Shown piece by piece: positions 51,201 to 64,000 of a stretch of DNA of 64,000 bases. Within the stretch, counting starts at the first letter, position 1. Each line of letters opens with the position of its first letter. The notes under the pieces were generated by a model. It was not told the DNA's origin and made no database searches. It saw nothing but the letters and a program-made list of their open reading frames with translations. The position numbers and the translations under genes were made by a program. Source of the stretch: Phoronis australis (taxonomy: Eukaryota > Animalia > Phoronida); contig NMRA01000100.1 in NCBI GenBank assembly GCA_002633005.1, positions 20,497-84,496 on the forward strand, given 5' to 3'.

Positions 51201-54021
51201 TTTCCATAGTCGTACTGAGAGCTACCCTGGTTTGCAAGACACTTCTACTAGCTGCCTGTAGATGTCATTAGTGAACTCACTTGTGTGCCAATAGGTGGCT
51301 GTACTGTCTCTCTATATCCCTTCATTTCCCTATTTTGTTATTCATTTTAAAATACTCTTGCTTTTGTGTCATCTATTTCTTTAAAACTGGTATTGTAAAA
51401 TTATATCTTACTTTTAACTCCTAGATTATGTTGCAGAACAGATAGTAATTACACTGCCACGTAATACTTAGTTTTTGCTCTGTTGTTCACCCCCAGGGAG
51501 TGCTCCATAAATACTGATGCCTCCCAAGACTATTATAGTATTAGAATTTGTGCTTAACAATGGTTTCTTCATACTAGAATTGTACACAAAGTTATCTACT
51601 GTTCATCGTACTTTATATATTTAGTCAGTATGGGTCCTTTGGGATTCAGTTAATTTTTAATCCTATTACTTCATAAATTCATATTCACAGTGTCTCTTTT
51701 TCTTAATATCCATGTTTCAGGCTAATTTAAAAGTCCATTTACCCTATTGCAATACTAATAACACATTTTGCGTTAACTCGGTCAAAGCCCTATTTATAGA
51801 TATAATAATGCAGCCTGATCTGTTATTCATTTCTTCATTAACCACCAGGTGGTGTTGGTATAAAATATTGATGGTGGCCTGGTTAATACTCTTGATTGTA
51901 AGTTATGCACAGATGTTGATAACATGATGGATGGGCAATCTCTTGCTGTAGAGTTCTAGCTACTGGTGGCCATACAGTCCTCCTCTTATGGCTATGGTGA
52001 GTTGAGGGGTTTCCCCATTGGACTGAGAAGATATGTAGGGACTTGTGTGCTTCACTTCTATAGTCTGTTTTTCTTCTTAGCTTCAATTGTCCATGACTAG
52101 TGTTAGCTTTGCAAAAATGATATCAGGATAATTGGAATTTGGTCGCTTCCAAAAGTTGAATATCTGAAGGTACTGTGTACGCAAGCAGCCAGGGAATGGC
52201 AGGGGGGGGGGGTTGAGCAACTAATGTTTGACTTCATCTCAGGACTACATGATGTCACGATGAGTAACTGCGCCGTTTTGCTTTGTTTTGATATAATAAG
52301 TTATTGAAATTCAAAAGTAGGACATATTAACCTGTAGCCATTGGGATTCCCAAGCGGAATTTGTGGATTGCGCTGAAACATCTCAAATTCATTTTATTTT
52401 GGTTTGGAGTTGGTAATTTTCAGGTTTCCAAAAATATCCTTTAATTATCTAGTCAGTTAGAATTCAGCATGTACCCATGCTATGTGAATGTTGGCTAAGC
52501 CAGAAACTGTTTTGTTTTTGTAGCGTGGTAGCAAAGAATGAATTCAATGTTTTCAAAGTACAAACCTTTGTTGCTCTATATACAGAAAAGTGTTGATTTT
52601 GTGTTTTGTGAGAAACAACCACCAGTCACGTGCTAATGCTCTTGGGTTTTCAGGTTACTATTATAAAATATTGATTGCTGTGCGTGACTGACATGTAGTG
52701 AATTAATTGTTGAGGAAAGTGATGGAAGGACCTGTTGTCACATTGACTGTTCTGTGGTATCACTGTTTTGTCTATGTCATCTTGATGACATTCACCAGCT
52801 GCAGACAGTTGTGCTTATCATTATCTATTACCTTAGGGCTGTGTTAGGCAGGGTTAGTGTATAAACAAAAGGCATTGTGGTTATCTGAAGATAAGGGCAA
52901 GGAGGCAAAGAAGCATAGATCTGTGTAATGTTATTTTAACTTAATCTTTCAAGTATAGCCTAGTGGCTTTGAAGAACATCTCGTTTTGGTCAGCTGGCAG
53001 CTGGGGGTAGCTGTTACTGCGCTGTCCATGTAGGGTCATATTCTTGCACTGAAGCACTGAGAATGTTTTGTATTGCTTACAATGCTAGAGCAGCACCAGT
53101 TGTATTATTTTCATTGCAAGCCACAGACTAGTAAAAATAACACAGACATAGTTGTAGGGCACCAGGTGATACTGTGATGGTGCTGAGATATTGTGTCCAT
53201 CTCTGTAGAGAGGGTCATTCAGGTCTTGTGGTTTATTGGAGTCTGTGTCTGTTGAGGAAATTGTCTGTATGTCTCTGTAATGGACTAAATGTTATGTGTT
53301 ATGTAAGTCCTCGGAATCCCTATGGTCATTGGTATGTTTGGAGTTCACATCCTTGACCCGTCTTTGATTTGCGCTATGTCATTGACCATAGGCTGCTCTC
53401 TGATGATGTATTCTGCTGCGTGCAAATGAAGAAATGGTCATATTTTACTGTTATTTATATCACATATGTGTAATACCATTACCATATATCACCATGTTTT
53501 AAAAATGAAATTAACAGTAAGGGAGTGCTGGTCGTGACCCAAATATTTAATACTAAATACTGAACCAGCTACTACTGTCTTACATCTGTTCCCGGACTCT
53601 ATTAAGCTTTCTTCACCCCGGCGTTCTCTGCCAAACAATGGGGAGGGGTTGCCGCTGGACATTCAAAATTTAACCAAATGCAACATTCGGACAACTGCTA
53701 ACGTAGTTAAGACGAAAAACCTTACCCGAGGTAATACCATTTTTGGTGACGACACACCCAGGCGATATCTGGAAAAGCGTTGACACCAAACCGCGTTAGC
53801 GGCACGTCCTTACCAAGTTTCCCTATAGGAGAGCCTCCTTCTTTATCATTTCTCTCTGCTGGTTGTAACTTACGCTAACACTTTCAGCTGTTAATGGGAC
53901 CAGCACTCCATTTTTACAGGCCGACCTATTCGCCAGGATTCAGGCACGGAGCAGCGACGAGGGCTTCTCCAGCCCCCTCGGTTCTCAAAGCATGGATGAG
54001 TTGGTGGTCGGTGGGATCCGG
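42214..54021 (+). CDS. CRACD/KIAA1211-family protein, N-terminal exons (gene continues beyond the window)
   Basis: Exons 42214-42289, 48333-48468, 50008-50146 and 53920-54021 splice in frame (phases 1,2,0), and there is an in-frame stop upstream of the ATG. Protein: MASSSEDL...EVKGKKKRFKPMKALKSLFSSKKRKR...KAKSTSEL...GNRCLSEDSVFSPD...SVSLEVL...SSDEGFSSP. This resembles recalled CRACD/CRACDL/KIAA1210 N-terminal motifs (KKKSKF..FKKFFGKKKRKE, GTRAFSHDSIFIPD, SEDDGLPRSP). Confidence 0.72.
42452..44173. mobile_element. Tc1/mariner-pogo-like element with perfect 24-bp TIRs and TA target duplication; interior lies in an assembly gap
   Basis: TA|CCGTAATCGTTCGGGTTAACGCCC ... GGGCGTTAACCCGAACGATTACGG|TA, with many subterminal TTAACCGCCC motifs. 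Confidence 0.9.
48333..48468 (+). CDS. CRACD-like exon (basic KKKRF...LF..KKRKR motif)
   Basis: Acceptor ttgtag, donor GTATGT, phases 1/2 fit the neighbouring exons. Confidence 0.8.
48722..49406. mobile_element. Old TIR element containing a nested Helentron/HINE-like fragment (~48867-49200)
   Basis: Imperfect TIR (21/26) ending in aattggtctcaa / ttgagaccaatt. The internal ttttatgcgccc..gtcc(a/g) microsatellite-like tract and ggatttaagcaaaagttgacaca are typical of HINE-like elements. Confidence 0.5.
50008..50146 (+). CDS. CRACD-like exon (R.LSEDSVF motif)
   Basis: Acceptor cttgcag, donor GTTTGT, phases 2/0. Confidence 0.8.
53920..54021 (+). CDS. CRACD-like exon (ADLFARIQARSSDEGFSSP...)
   Basis: Acceptor ttttacag, 34 open codons in a GC-richer island, donor GTAGGC. 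Confidence 0.7.
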
Positions 54022-54582
54022 GTAGGCCCTGGCTACCTGCACTTTTAGTGTGCTGCCCTATACTTGCTTAATCAGGGGCGTGGCTAGACATTTTTGACAA
54101 GTACGCACAAATCCTTTGATTGGATGGCTATGTAGGGTTTAGTACCTTTACAAATTTCGGACAAAACGATTGCCAGAATTGAGCTTTTTTGTTTTTTTAA
54201 AGAGCTCTGATATTGTTACGAATGGCCACAAGTTCTCACAACATTGTCTGATGGTATGGAATGATAAATCTTTTATTTGGTTTTACTGTACTTACCGTTT
54301 AGGAAAAAAATGAAAAAGCAAAAGTTCAATCATTGTGCCGTGTTGTGTTCTACAATGGGAATATTTTCACTGTGCAGTTATGTTTTGTCTAACCGCGATG
54401 CCGGATGTTGGGAAAACGGCTGGGGGACATCTCCAGGTGGTTATGTATATTTCGCTTTATGAGACGGATGTCGGTCGACTATTCTTCCTTTCCTGGCTTT
54501 CTGAAGTCCTAATGTCAACTCGTTGCCACAGGTTCGACAAAATTTCCTGACCTGCACAGTGTAGCTTTTGTGCATCGCCTGC

Positions 54583-55549
54583 GCGGTACAGTGACCATTG
54601 TTGTACAATGGGCATTCAGCAAAAACCTTAACAGATTCACACAACATGTCACAAATTATGTTATGTGCGTGGATTTTCTTGGTACACATGTGCGTACTTG
54701 CTTACCTTATGTTGGCTACGCTCTTGTTCATTCTTGTTCACTCTTGTTCATGCTCGTGACACCAGCACTTGGCTTCATGAACGTCTAGACACCACTGCTT
54801 GCCTGGAATGTGTTTGTATGCTTCATGATTTTCGAAACCATTCTTGCCTGGAAAGTAATAACTTGATGCGTTTTTTGGATGATTAAGGTGTACATTAGTA
54901 ATTAATTAAATTAATTCATAAACTTTGGGTCAGAAAACTTGATAGAAATTGTTGAAAATCTCACATTTTTACATCGACAGTAGGTCCTTTTTCTTATGAA
55001 AGTAATTTCCTTAATTTGGATACCATTTATTCCTGTTCTTAACCAAATATTCATGTTTGTTTANGCGGTACAGTGACCTTTGTTGTACAATGGGCATTCA
55101 GCAAAAACCTCAACAGATTCACACAACATGTCACAAATTATGTTATGTGCGTGGATTTTCTTGGTACACATGTGCGTACTTGCTTACCTTATGTTGGCTA
55201 CGCTCTTGTTCATTCTTGTTCACTCTTGTTCATGCTCGTGACACCAGCACTTGGCTTCATGAACGTCTAGACACCACTGCTTGCCTGGAATGTGTTTGTA
55301 TGTTTCATGATTTTCGAAACCATTCTTGCCTGGAAAGTAATAACTTGATGCGTTTTTTGGATGATTAAGGTATACATTAGTAATTAATTAAATTAATACG
55401 AAAACTTTGGGTCAGAAAACTTGATAGAAATTGTTGAAAATCTCACATTTTTGCATCGAGAGTAGGTCCTTTTTTCTTATGAAAGTATTAATTTCCTTAA
55501 TTTGGATACCATTTATTCCTGTTCTTAACCAAATATTCATGTTTGTTTA
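54583..55549. repeat. Near-identical ~480-bp tandem duplication across a single N (probable assembly/haplotype artefact)
   Basis: 54583-55063 is repeated at 55065-55549 with a few SNPs/indels, and the junction is exactly the n at 55064. Confidence 0.9.
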
Positions 55550-57939
55550 AAAATTGGTTCGAATTTCAGATCCTCATTTCAGGATATTAATATTTTCTTG
55601 AAAAAATTCCCCCTGGATTTCAGAAATTTTTAGAATTGAAGAATATTTGATAAGCTAGTGCCTGTCGAACGCTAGATCCTTTTTAACTCGTGATGTGACT
55701 GTCAATCTTCCAGGCAACCATGGATCCCCTGCTCTTTAGTTTTCTGCTTTTTGCTTTGTTTCTGAGGTGATGGAATTATTTCTGAGGCAAATTGATAAAT
55801 GTGTCGTTCTAAGATGCATTGCTGCTAAAAGCAAATTACATAGAGCTTACAGCTATGTGTTCAACACTCTTGCGTGGTGTTTGGTTTGAAGTGGTTTGAA
55901 GTGTTCACAGTTGTTGAATTGGGTTGATGGGAGATTTGAATGACATCTGGTGGCATACATACACAAGGATGTCTTAGGAGTCACTTCAACCTATTATGAT
56001 TGTTCTGTTTTCTTTTAGCTTTTTGCGACCAATTTGTCCTTTCGCCGTACCAGTTATATTTTTTAGAAACTCTAGAAAAATAGGAAAATAGAGTGCATAA
56101 TTACGCATTCTGTAAAATTGATTTGTTGGTAAATTGCTATGAAATTTTCAAAGAAAGATGCATGTTCAATTCTATTATATTTTTTGAAATTTAACTGCAA
56201 GGGAAACATGGTGTAAGAAGGCAAGGTATTCAAATTGCAATTGAAGACGTTATCAAATATCAGTCTGACCGAAATTCACTACAGAGGCTGATTCTTAGAA
56301 TAAGAGTACATCTGAGGGCATGTTCATTTCCCCCTACAGTCTTCCCTTCTCAAATTCTCCTCGTAAACTATTCTGAAGAGATAAGTTGACTGTTCTTGAT
56401 AAAAAGTCTGGCCAACATGGCGTCGACACCTACGTCAGTCAAGTCACTGTAAGATTTAGAAAAACTGGGTTCAGCCAAATGTTTTCAATGCTTTAGAGAG
56501 TCCTCCATTTTCATGTAACTTAGAATATTAATTTTTTCTTCATCTATAGTACGGTACTCTCATAACCACCGGGCAGCTTTTGCTCTCTGCCAGAAATCGC
56601 CTCTCCAACGAGGTGTTTTCAAAAGTACACAAATCTTCAAAAATTATGGAAAATGACTAGACTGGTTGTGTATAGTGTTGTTAATTTGACCTTGAATAAT
56701 ATGTGTTACCTTTTATTAGTAGTTCTTTGTATGAACTATTGAAAGGAGAGTGGATGAAATTACCCAGTGACTTCAAAGACAGGATCTAGAGGATTATAAT
56801 AATTGTTATTTGTTTGTTTTGTATACCTTTTGAATTGCACTCTGTTTAGATAGACTAGTTTTTAAACTGCTGCATAATACTCCATTGAAAACGTACTCCA
56901 CCGGTTCAATTTATATACTCAAAGGCCTGTGCAAATAAGTGTTGTGAGGGTATTAACCACGATAAAAACTATTTATACCAAGCTTATGTGACTGGGCTTT
57001 TTATAAGTTATGTATTTTACCGAGGATAGCATTTGAGATGTATCCAAGGAGTCTTGGCAAAATGTCCGACGCGAGGTAGGCTAAAACTTTTCCCCGTTGC
57101 AGTTTTCAGTTGGAGGCTTAGTGTTTAAGGTATAATTCACATTGTGCAGGGTGCAAATTGGTTGGGTGATTTTTATTTGTGTGTTTGCACAAAGTTATTT
57201 TCAGTTCATGGGGCTGTGCTCAAAGAAAATGAGCTGCTGTTTGTACAAATAATTTTCCCACTGTGAGGTGGTGCCTGTGTTTGTGTGTGTGGTTTGTTAG
57301 ATGTGCGGTAGAAAATGCCACAGCCATCTGTTTAGTACAACCTCCTGTGTTCAAGGAATCTCCAGTCATTTGTACCTGAATATGGATGTTAGTAGTCATT
57401 TATGGCCCATACCCGTTCTACAATGGGCAAATGACTGCATAGCTGAGGTTGTGCAATGGTCATCCCCTGGGCTACACCTCCCTGTAGTTCTTCATTGCAT
57501 CACTTGTTTTGTCTGCAGTGAGGTTGGTATATTGCAATGAAAGGAGGGTATGCTATGCCCTGATGTGGATATCTTTTTGAGTTGTATTATTGAATTTTGA
57601 CAGGTGTGCACCTGAGGTGGGCAAGCCTATTGTAGGACGTTGAATGTTTGTCTGACACTCTGTACTACAGTTGGGGGGAGGGGGCTAGTAGACCCACCCT
57701 CCAAAATGTTGAGTGTCTGTGCTGTGGTTATATATTTTCATCACTGGAGAATACCTGAAAATATTCATGGAATGGAGTTAATTGATTTTATTTGTTTTGT
57801 TTCTCTCATATTATAAAAATTGTCACCCAGGTAGCGCACTCATCAAGCCGACATGCGTCTCCTTAAGCTTTAAATGTTGCCTCAAGTGACACAAAAAATG
57901 CAAACTTAGGTGACCATTGAACTTAAATATGAATTTTGG

Positions 57940-58356
57940 GTGGCGTCTACACATAGACTTACCCCAGAACATTAGTTACTCCTGGAACGAGTTGTCGCTA
58001 GGTTTGACTGCTGTCTGGATGCTATTTAAACTAGTGCAACTAACCCCACTTGTGACAACTTACTCCACATTATCGAGGTGGAGTAACTTGTTCTAGGGTA
58101 ACTTGCGCCACTTGTAATGGCTGTGTGGCCACCAAAGTGAGGCAGGGCAGAAGTAATGATCAGCTGCGGTTACTTGCAGACAGGTTTTCTTTTGCGCGCC
58201 GTACTCACATTAGGCGTCATTGCCACGCTCAGAGCGACTTCTGCCTTACTACCTTAGTTATCAGATATGTGTGTGTGTACCGGTATGCTCCACTTAGAGT
58301 GGGGTAAGTTGCACTAGTGCAAGTTGTTCTAGGGTAGACTGTGTGTGAACCAGACT
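57940..58356. mobile_element. MITE (PIF/Harbinger-like), copy 2
   Basis: tctacacatagacttaccccagaaca / tgttctagggtagactgtgtgtgaa; shares internal blocks (ggtaacttgttctag, gctccactta.agtgggg.aagt) with 33860-34262. Confidence 0.75.
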
Positions 58357-58489
58357 TAGGTAATATGGCAGCATCCAACTGATTGAAAACACATCAGTGT
58401 TGTCTTGCTCATAGTCTTGTTTCATTTTACATCTTGCCGTGAAGATGAGAGGTGGTTAATTTCGAAATATATATACAGATTCATCTTTT

Positions 58490-58640
58490 TGTATCTTGTT
58501 TTAGTGATGTGCACCAGTTGGTATTCTAACTGTGCACTGGCGCATAGATGTGCATTTGGAATATACCGAGTCAGCTTTGTGTACCTTGTTTTAGTGATGT
58601 GCGCCAAGCAGTAATTTCTAAATGTGCACTGGCATGTGCC
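58490..58640. repeat. Degenerate ~90-bp tandem duplication
   Basis: tgta.cttgttttagtgatgtgc.cca...ttctaa.tgtgcactggc occurs twice. Confidence 0.8.
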
Positions 58641-59022
58641 ATGAATTTGAACGAGTTGGAGAAAAACGATACAGCAGTCAATACCGTTGGGTATTCATTC
58701 AGTTTAGATGTATTGAATTGTGGCAAGAACTTGTTAGACTGATTTAAGAAGTTATGGCACTAAACGTAAGATGTTAAATACAATACTTCATCATTGGTGT
58801 ACAGTTAGCACCATATTGAAGGGCACCTGTCAGATTTTCGATTACGTGAAACAAAGATTGGTGTTCATGTTTTTATTGATCATAAGGCTAACTCTTCACC
58901 CCTGACCTTTACCTTTCCGACCTTTATCCCCACTGTGACTGCATGATATTGCTTGCAAATTTGTTAGTAATGTAAAAATTTTTAGCTTGGCTCCAACTGA
59001 AATATTCTCTCTTGTTATTAAA

Positions 59023-59145
59023 AGGTTGGCAGAGTCTCTGAAACACTTACACAGAATCTCATTTTATACTGTAATATTTAGAAATGGTTGGCAGTGTCTC
59101 TGAAACACTTACATAGAATCTCATTTTCAAGTAATATTTAGAAAT
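59023..59145. repeat. Two-copy ~62-bp tandem duplication
   Basis: ggttggcag.gtctctgaaacacttaca.agaatctcatttt...gtaatatttagaaatg occurs twice. Confidence 0.9.
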
Positions 59146-60053
59146 GATAAAGTAGTGGTCACATTGCCCTACTGTGTTGTCATCGTTGAAATGTTTCTAT
59201 GTTTTTTGAAAATTATCATCAAATTGTTTTGACTATCTTGTTATTTTCTTCTCAGATGCCAGAAATTTGTGAAAGTTATAGTAAGAATTCTCCAGTTTGT
59301 GTCAGTTTCTAAAATTCGGGACTACGAAATGCAAGCCGAAATTGAATTTTCTTGATTCTGAATGTTGATATGTGGGCAGTTGTGACGTTCATCATTTTTT
59401 CTCAAGAATGGCACACTGTTTTGTATCATTGGAGTTTGAAAATAGACTTGGGTGTCCATAAAGTCTTCAAAAATACCCGACAACGCAACTTTTTCATAAT
59501 CCTCCTCAGTATATAACATCGAGGCAAGTGATCTTTTGTTGTTGATCGCAATTCTTTCAGCTGCTCCTTGTCCCTGTTCAGCTTTTAATTTTGAATTTTT
59601 AATGAAGTGCTTTAGGGCTTTGAAAACATTGTGACGTCCATACGATCTTGAATTTTTGTGGAATGAGCCGGCAATTCAAGTCACAGGCTATGCGTTGGAA
59701 CATCATTTTGAATCTGAAATTTTAGTGTTACCAAAGGGAATAAACTGAAAAGCGCTTTCTTAAGTCGTCGCTTGTTTCGATGCTCATGTCAGTAACAGAA
59801 ATAGAATTGTATCACGATAAGGAACATAACGAGACCTTTAGTTCGGGACTACCCATATTGCTTTTTTTCTAAAATTTAGAGCAAGCAAAATAATTTTCAC
59901 CGCCTTAAACTGGAGAATTTTTGTCGTACATTGCATAATATCATCTGAAGTGACACCTATGTAAAGGTATCAGATCATCAGAGACCCATTTCTGTTGGCG
60001 GCTTGTCCATTTTCTGCGCATGTTGACGGTTGCTTTGCATGATTCTGTTGTAG

Positions 60054-60117
60054 CCCGGCATGTCTACAGAAAGCCAGAACAGCTTGCTGAGTTATGGCAG
60101 TTCCTCCGATGATGTAG
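60054..60117 (+). CDS. Putative further CRACD-like exon (PGMSTESQNSLLSYGSSSDDV)
   Basis: Acceptor gttgtag, open Ser-rich frame entering at phase 0, donor GTATTT. Confidence 0.45.
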
Positions 60118-63101
60118 GTATTTGTGTGTGTGCTTAGTTTGTGTGTCAGGTGCTTGTAACTTACGTAGAATTTGAAAATGTTGTTAGATGTTGGGTACCT
60201 GCAATGGCGTTATTTATCGGTTGGTATTCTTTGTGTCTATTTAGCGTACAACACGGCGGACTAGTAAATTTTTCTTTTGTCGATTTTTTCCACAAAAACA
60301 TATGTTTGATGAAATTTTGAATTATAATATGATTGATTTTTATCGAGGAGATGTCATAAAACAATATTTGATAAAAATCCCATCGGTTGTAGCATGATAA
60401 TCAGCCTTTGAATAATAACAATTTTAGCAGTTATTCGTGTGCAAAATAAGTGCTTGTTGCATGCCAATGTTGACAGGAGTGTAGTAGTTAAATGCGTTCT
60501 TTGAAGCTGGGATCTTTTTATTAATATATCAATCGGAGCTTAGTAAATCAACAGTAATGGCACTTTATTTTGGGTACTTGAACTTTATTAACTCTGCAAA
60601 TTACAACAAAAGAACTATGCTGCAGTTAGGGCTGTAAACATATCAATACAAGCCAGTCTTGGTTAGTGTTATTAAATTCAGACTTTATGGCACGACTTAG
60701 TCTTTCTTATGGTGTTTGATTTTGGCAATGGTGATTAGGTACGCCCTCTCTTGGCAACATTTGTAGTCAAGTTCTTTTTTCCAATAAACAGCAGTTCTTA
60801 AAAGGTGTTCTTTTTCAAGTCAAATTTCCCTGCTATTCAGGCAAACTAAATAAACCCGTGACATTGCCAGAATATTGTTTTACATTGTTTAAAATCCGTC
60901 TGAAAATGACAAAGTTTTCCTTTAAACCAAACAGTTATCAGTTGATATTTCTTGGATAACTATAATTGTGGTGCTTGTTGAGTATAGTTTCATCCTTGCC
61001 GCATGCCAAGTCCATCGCACATTGTCTCCAAATCTTTGCTATTAGAAAGAAGTCCTGTGTTCTCTATTAACACACAAGTGAAACTGTCGACGTACAATAA
61101 CTTTTACTATGCAGTTTAGAGTCTAAAGAATAAGATTAAGGGGTGGCAACTGAACCCTTACCACAGACAGCAGAACACTTACTAAGGAAGGGAACCTTTA
61201 ACATCGGAGTGGACCCTTACCACTCTCCGCAAACTAAACCACTTGCAATGCAACAGAAGTCGTCTAACCATGCTCAATGAAACCCTACTACGGAAGGTGA
61301 ACTAAAGCTTCATACTGGCACACTAATGCTATGCACCACAGTGCTTTTGCATGGTAGGGGTCCTTTGTTGTGTGAAGAGTGCCTGTAATGCATGGCAAGA
61401 GTATTGTAGAAAATGAGGGTTCTGCTTGTAAGGGCTCAGCTGGGTCACACGTGTTTTACAGCCATTGATAAGTGTTTTCCGACCTGTGGTTAGTTTTCTG
61501 CATTCCCTTGTACGGCGATTCTTTACTTATTTAGAACACAATATGGCGAACAAGTAAAATATTCTGTTTTGTCAAATTTCTCCTCAAAAGTTCAGTTAAG
61601 AACATTTTAGTCTTGTTAGAAGCATAGAAGCATAGCTTGCAATGCGTGGATGTCATAAAACAGCATTTGCTTGAAGTTCTCATTAATTGCAACAAGGTAA
61701 TCAGTCATTGAAAAATGGAGAAACGACCATTTTTACAGTTATTGTCATGCAAAATGTATGAGGAGTTACCAAAAGGATTTTGCCAGTGTTAAAGCCTAAC
61801 TTCAATGGAATTCTGTTATTTTAGATGTATTGGGCTAACCAGATAGTCCTAGCTAAGCCTTAGTAAAATAAGAAAACGCGAGTTCAATCACGCAAATGTA
61901 AGCCCCTCAAATGATAGGTGAAGCTGCCTTTTCTTGCCATGTTGCATCAGTGCCATGTTGCATCACCGCGAGATCCCAGCGCAAACAACAAAAGGCTGGT
62001 AACAGTTGTATTGAATAGGGGTCCGAATAGAACACCATTGCGTGTGGGTGTTCTTCGCAGCTGATTGAATTGAAAGGTGATTCTGGCGGTGACTCTGACA
62101 AAAGCAAGCCCATACGGCCAACAATTCGTTAAATTTAGCAATTTATGGCACTAGTGGGCTCAGAGTGATACTCTTAACATATTGTAGGAACCCAAATTTA
62201 CTGGTGTTATCGTTCAAGATAGGCTTTAAGGGTTCAGTTGTGTGGCAAGTGTTCTGTACCCATGGTAAGTGTGGGCTCCGTTGTAAAACTCTTACGGCCA
62301 CTGTCACCCTTGTACGTCACGAGACAGTGTTGGAAATTTGCAAGCTTTGCATTCTTGCTGTTAGTTATCATGTTTAACTTCGTTGAGCTCTGTGTAACTG
62401 AAACCTTTCATTACTGTTCTTTGTGTTCGCCTTTGATTGTTATCTACTGCAAAAGGATCATAGCAACCCCTGGATAAATAGTGAACACAGTGTTAATTAG
62501 TTCATATGTCAGATAGGAATACTATCAACTGACATGGTTTGGATGGGAATCTTGATTTATTAGTAAGTCATTAACTGAGAATTCTGGGGGACCTGATGAA
62601 TAGGTCTGTATGTTCCACTTGACACAATCATTTGTGTTAAAGCTGCATTCCTCTCCCGTTTAGGTGTTGGTGTTGATTTCATAATTGTAGCTCTTTTTGG
62701 TGGGGAGTCTTGCCCGTGTGTCGTGGAACCAGATGCTTATGTCACCGTACTCACCCGATCTTAGAGTATTGTGAGCCGGCAACACAAGTCTTGGGCAATG
62801 CGTTCATGCGCACACCTTTTTTCGAATCCTCAATTTTAGGTTTGGCTTAGTCCAATAAACTGAATATTTTTTTTATTTGTGGTTTGTGTTCTTGTTGGTA
62901 ATGGAAATGGAATCCTACCACAGACCAATTTTATGAGAGTAAAAGGCCTAATTTGATTTCTGTTTTTTAGCCAGTTAAACAGGGCGTTATGCAGCGTTAA
63001 TCAATATAAACCTGTGCAGGTGGTTGGCTAGGCGTTGTTTTTGATGAATTTTTAACTCTTCTGCCGGTTTAATCAATAGTATTATTTTGTTTCCTATACA
63101 G

Positions 63102-63120
63102 TGTCTAAACACACTAATGG
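63102..63120 (+). CDS. Putative 19-nt microexon (VSKHTNG)
   Basis: Polypyrimidine tract plus cag acceptor, donor GTGATT. Phases 1/2 bridge the exon at 60054-60117 to the exon starting at 63862. Confidence 0.35.
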
Positions 63121-63861
63121 GTGATTGATGACACAGATATGTTTAACTCAAGTTGTGTTGTCGCAACTTGGCAAACAGTGTACCAGGAAGGTGTACATAT
63201 TTGCTTAAATGTCAACTGAATATGTTCAATATTTACAGAAAGTTAAACTGGGGTTTATCTTGTCGTTCTTTCACTTCCTGACTGTTGTGATGATTCATGT
63301 GCGCATCGACTGATTCGGAAAAGTTTAATTTGCGTTAAGTGCACAATTTATCATAAAACTGGATTTTTGGCAAGTTTCTCAACAGGATCGATCACTATGA
63401 AAATAATTTGTATTTGAAAGTTGTCAGTTATTGAAAAATAGAAAATACGTATGACTCATAAACAACTGCGGCAATTATTTTTATGGGAAGTGATGGACGA
63501 ATTGCCTTTTAGTTAATGATTGTTTTATGAAAAGTCATTTTTGGGAGAGTGAAACTTGGTGCGGCTTGGTCGTACATTGACCGCATTCCTTGAAAGGGCG
63601 GGATGTATAGCAAATAAAAATATTTCCAATCAAGATTTATAGTTGGATGCAGGAAACACATAGCCTGCCCTTGGATTATTGAGGTTGTGTAGAGTACAGG
63701 ACAAAAGTAACGAGACAAAATACCATTTCCCTTGCTTTATGACTAGCCATGTTTGCAGCAAAAATGACTGGCAATGACTATAGTGGTACAATTCTAATGA
63801 CAGAATAGCCGAGCCACCTTAGTAATGTTATTGTTAACTCCCCTTCATTTTCGGTCATCAG

Positions 63862-63921
63862 GGGAGACTACTCTGAAGATGAATTGATGTTCCGCCCAGC
63901 CATCATGATGGGGAAAGCGGG
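63862..63921 (+). CDS. Putative CRACD-like exon (GDYSEDELMFRPAIMMGKA); 3' end uncertain
   Basis: Acceptor catcag; only the phase-2 frame is open. Confidence 0.35.
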
Positions 63922-64000
63922 GTCATTTTGTGTGAATGCTTTTGGAGTGTACTGTACCTTATTGACAAGTCTTCACGTTTAGCGAAATATCCATTAATCT

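Noticed and set aside
54583-55549. Biological tandem duplication and its duplicated ORFs
   Set aside because: The junction coincides with a single n, which points to two haplotypes assembled in tandem.
56550-56612. Possible 63-nt in-frame exon (YGTLITTGQLLLSARNRLSNE)
   Set aside because: The donor is weak (GTGTTT), there is a competing internal acceptor, and the exon is not needed for frame continuity; it cannot be supported without transcripts.

Overview
AT-rich, intron-rich eukaryotic draft-assembly DNA. Gene content and repeat types suggest a marine invertebrate, probably a deuterostome (inference). There are three large N gaps (1360-1972, 13199-13979, 42939-43916). Most entries in the ORF track are spurious, and the real genes appear only after splicing by hand. 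From left to right: a ~109-bp tandem array rich in CRE-like sites; a frameshifted KDZ (Kyakuja-Dileera-Zisupton) transposase remnant (-); a decayed multi-exon gene whose first exon resembles a Myb/SANT-like DNA-binding domain (+); a globin pseudogene with the neuroglobin-type intron pattern B12.2/E11.0/G7.0 (-); and a complete 6-exon C4orf33/UPF0462 orthologue (-, 234 aa) carrying an extra N-terminal signal-anchor. Head-to-head with that gene is the 5' part of a CRACD/KIAA1211-family gene (+) that runs off the window. Introns are full of MITEs and other non-autonomous DNA transposons. No rRNA, bona fide tRNA or CRISPR array was seen. All family assignments come from recalled motifs, not database searches.
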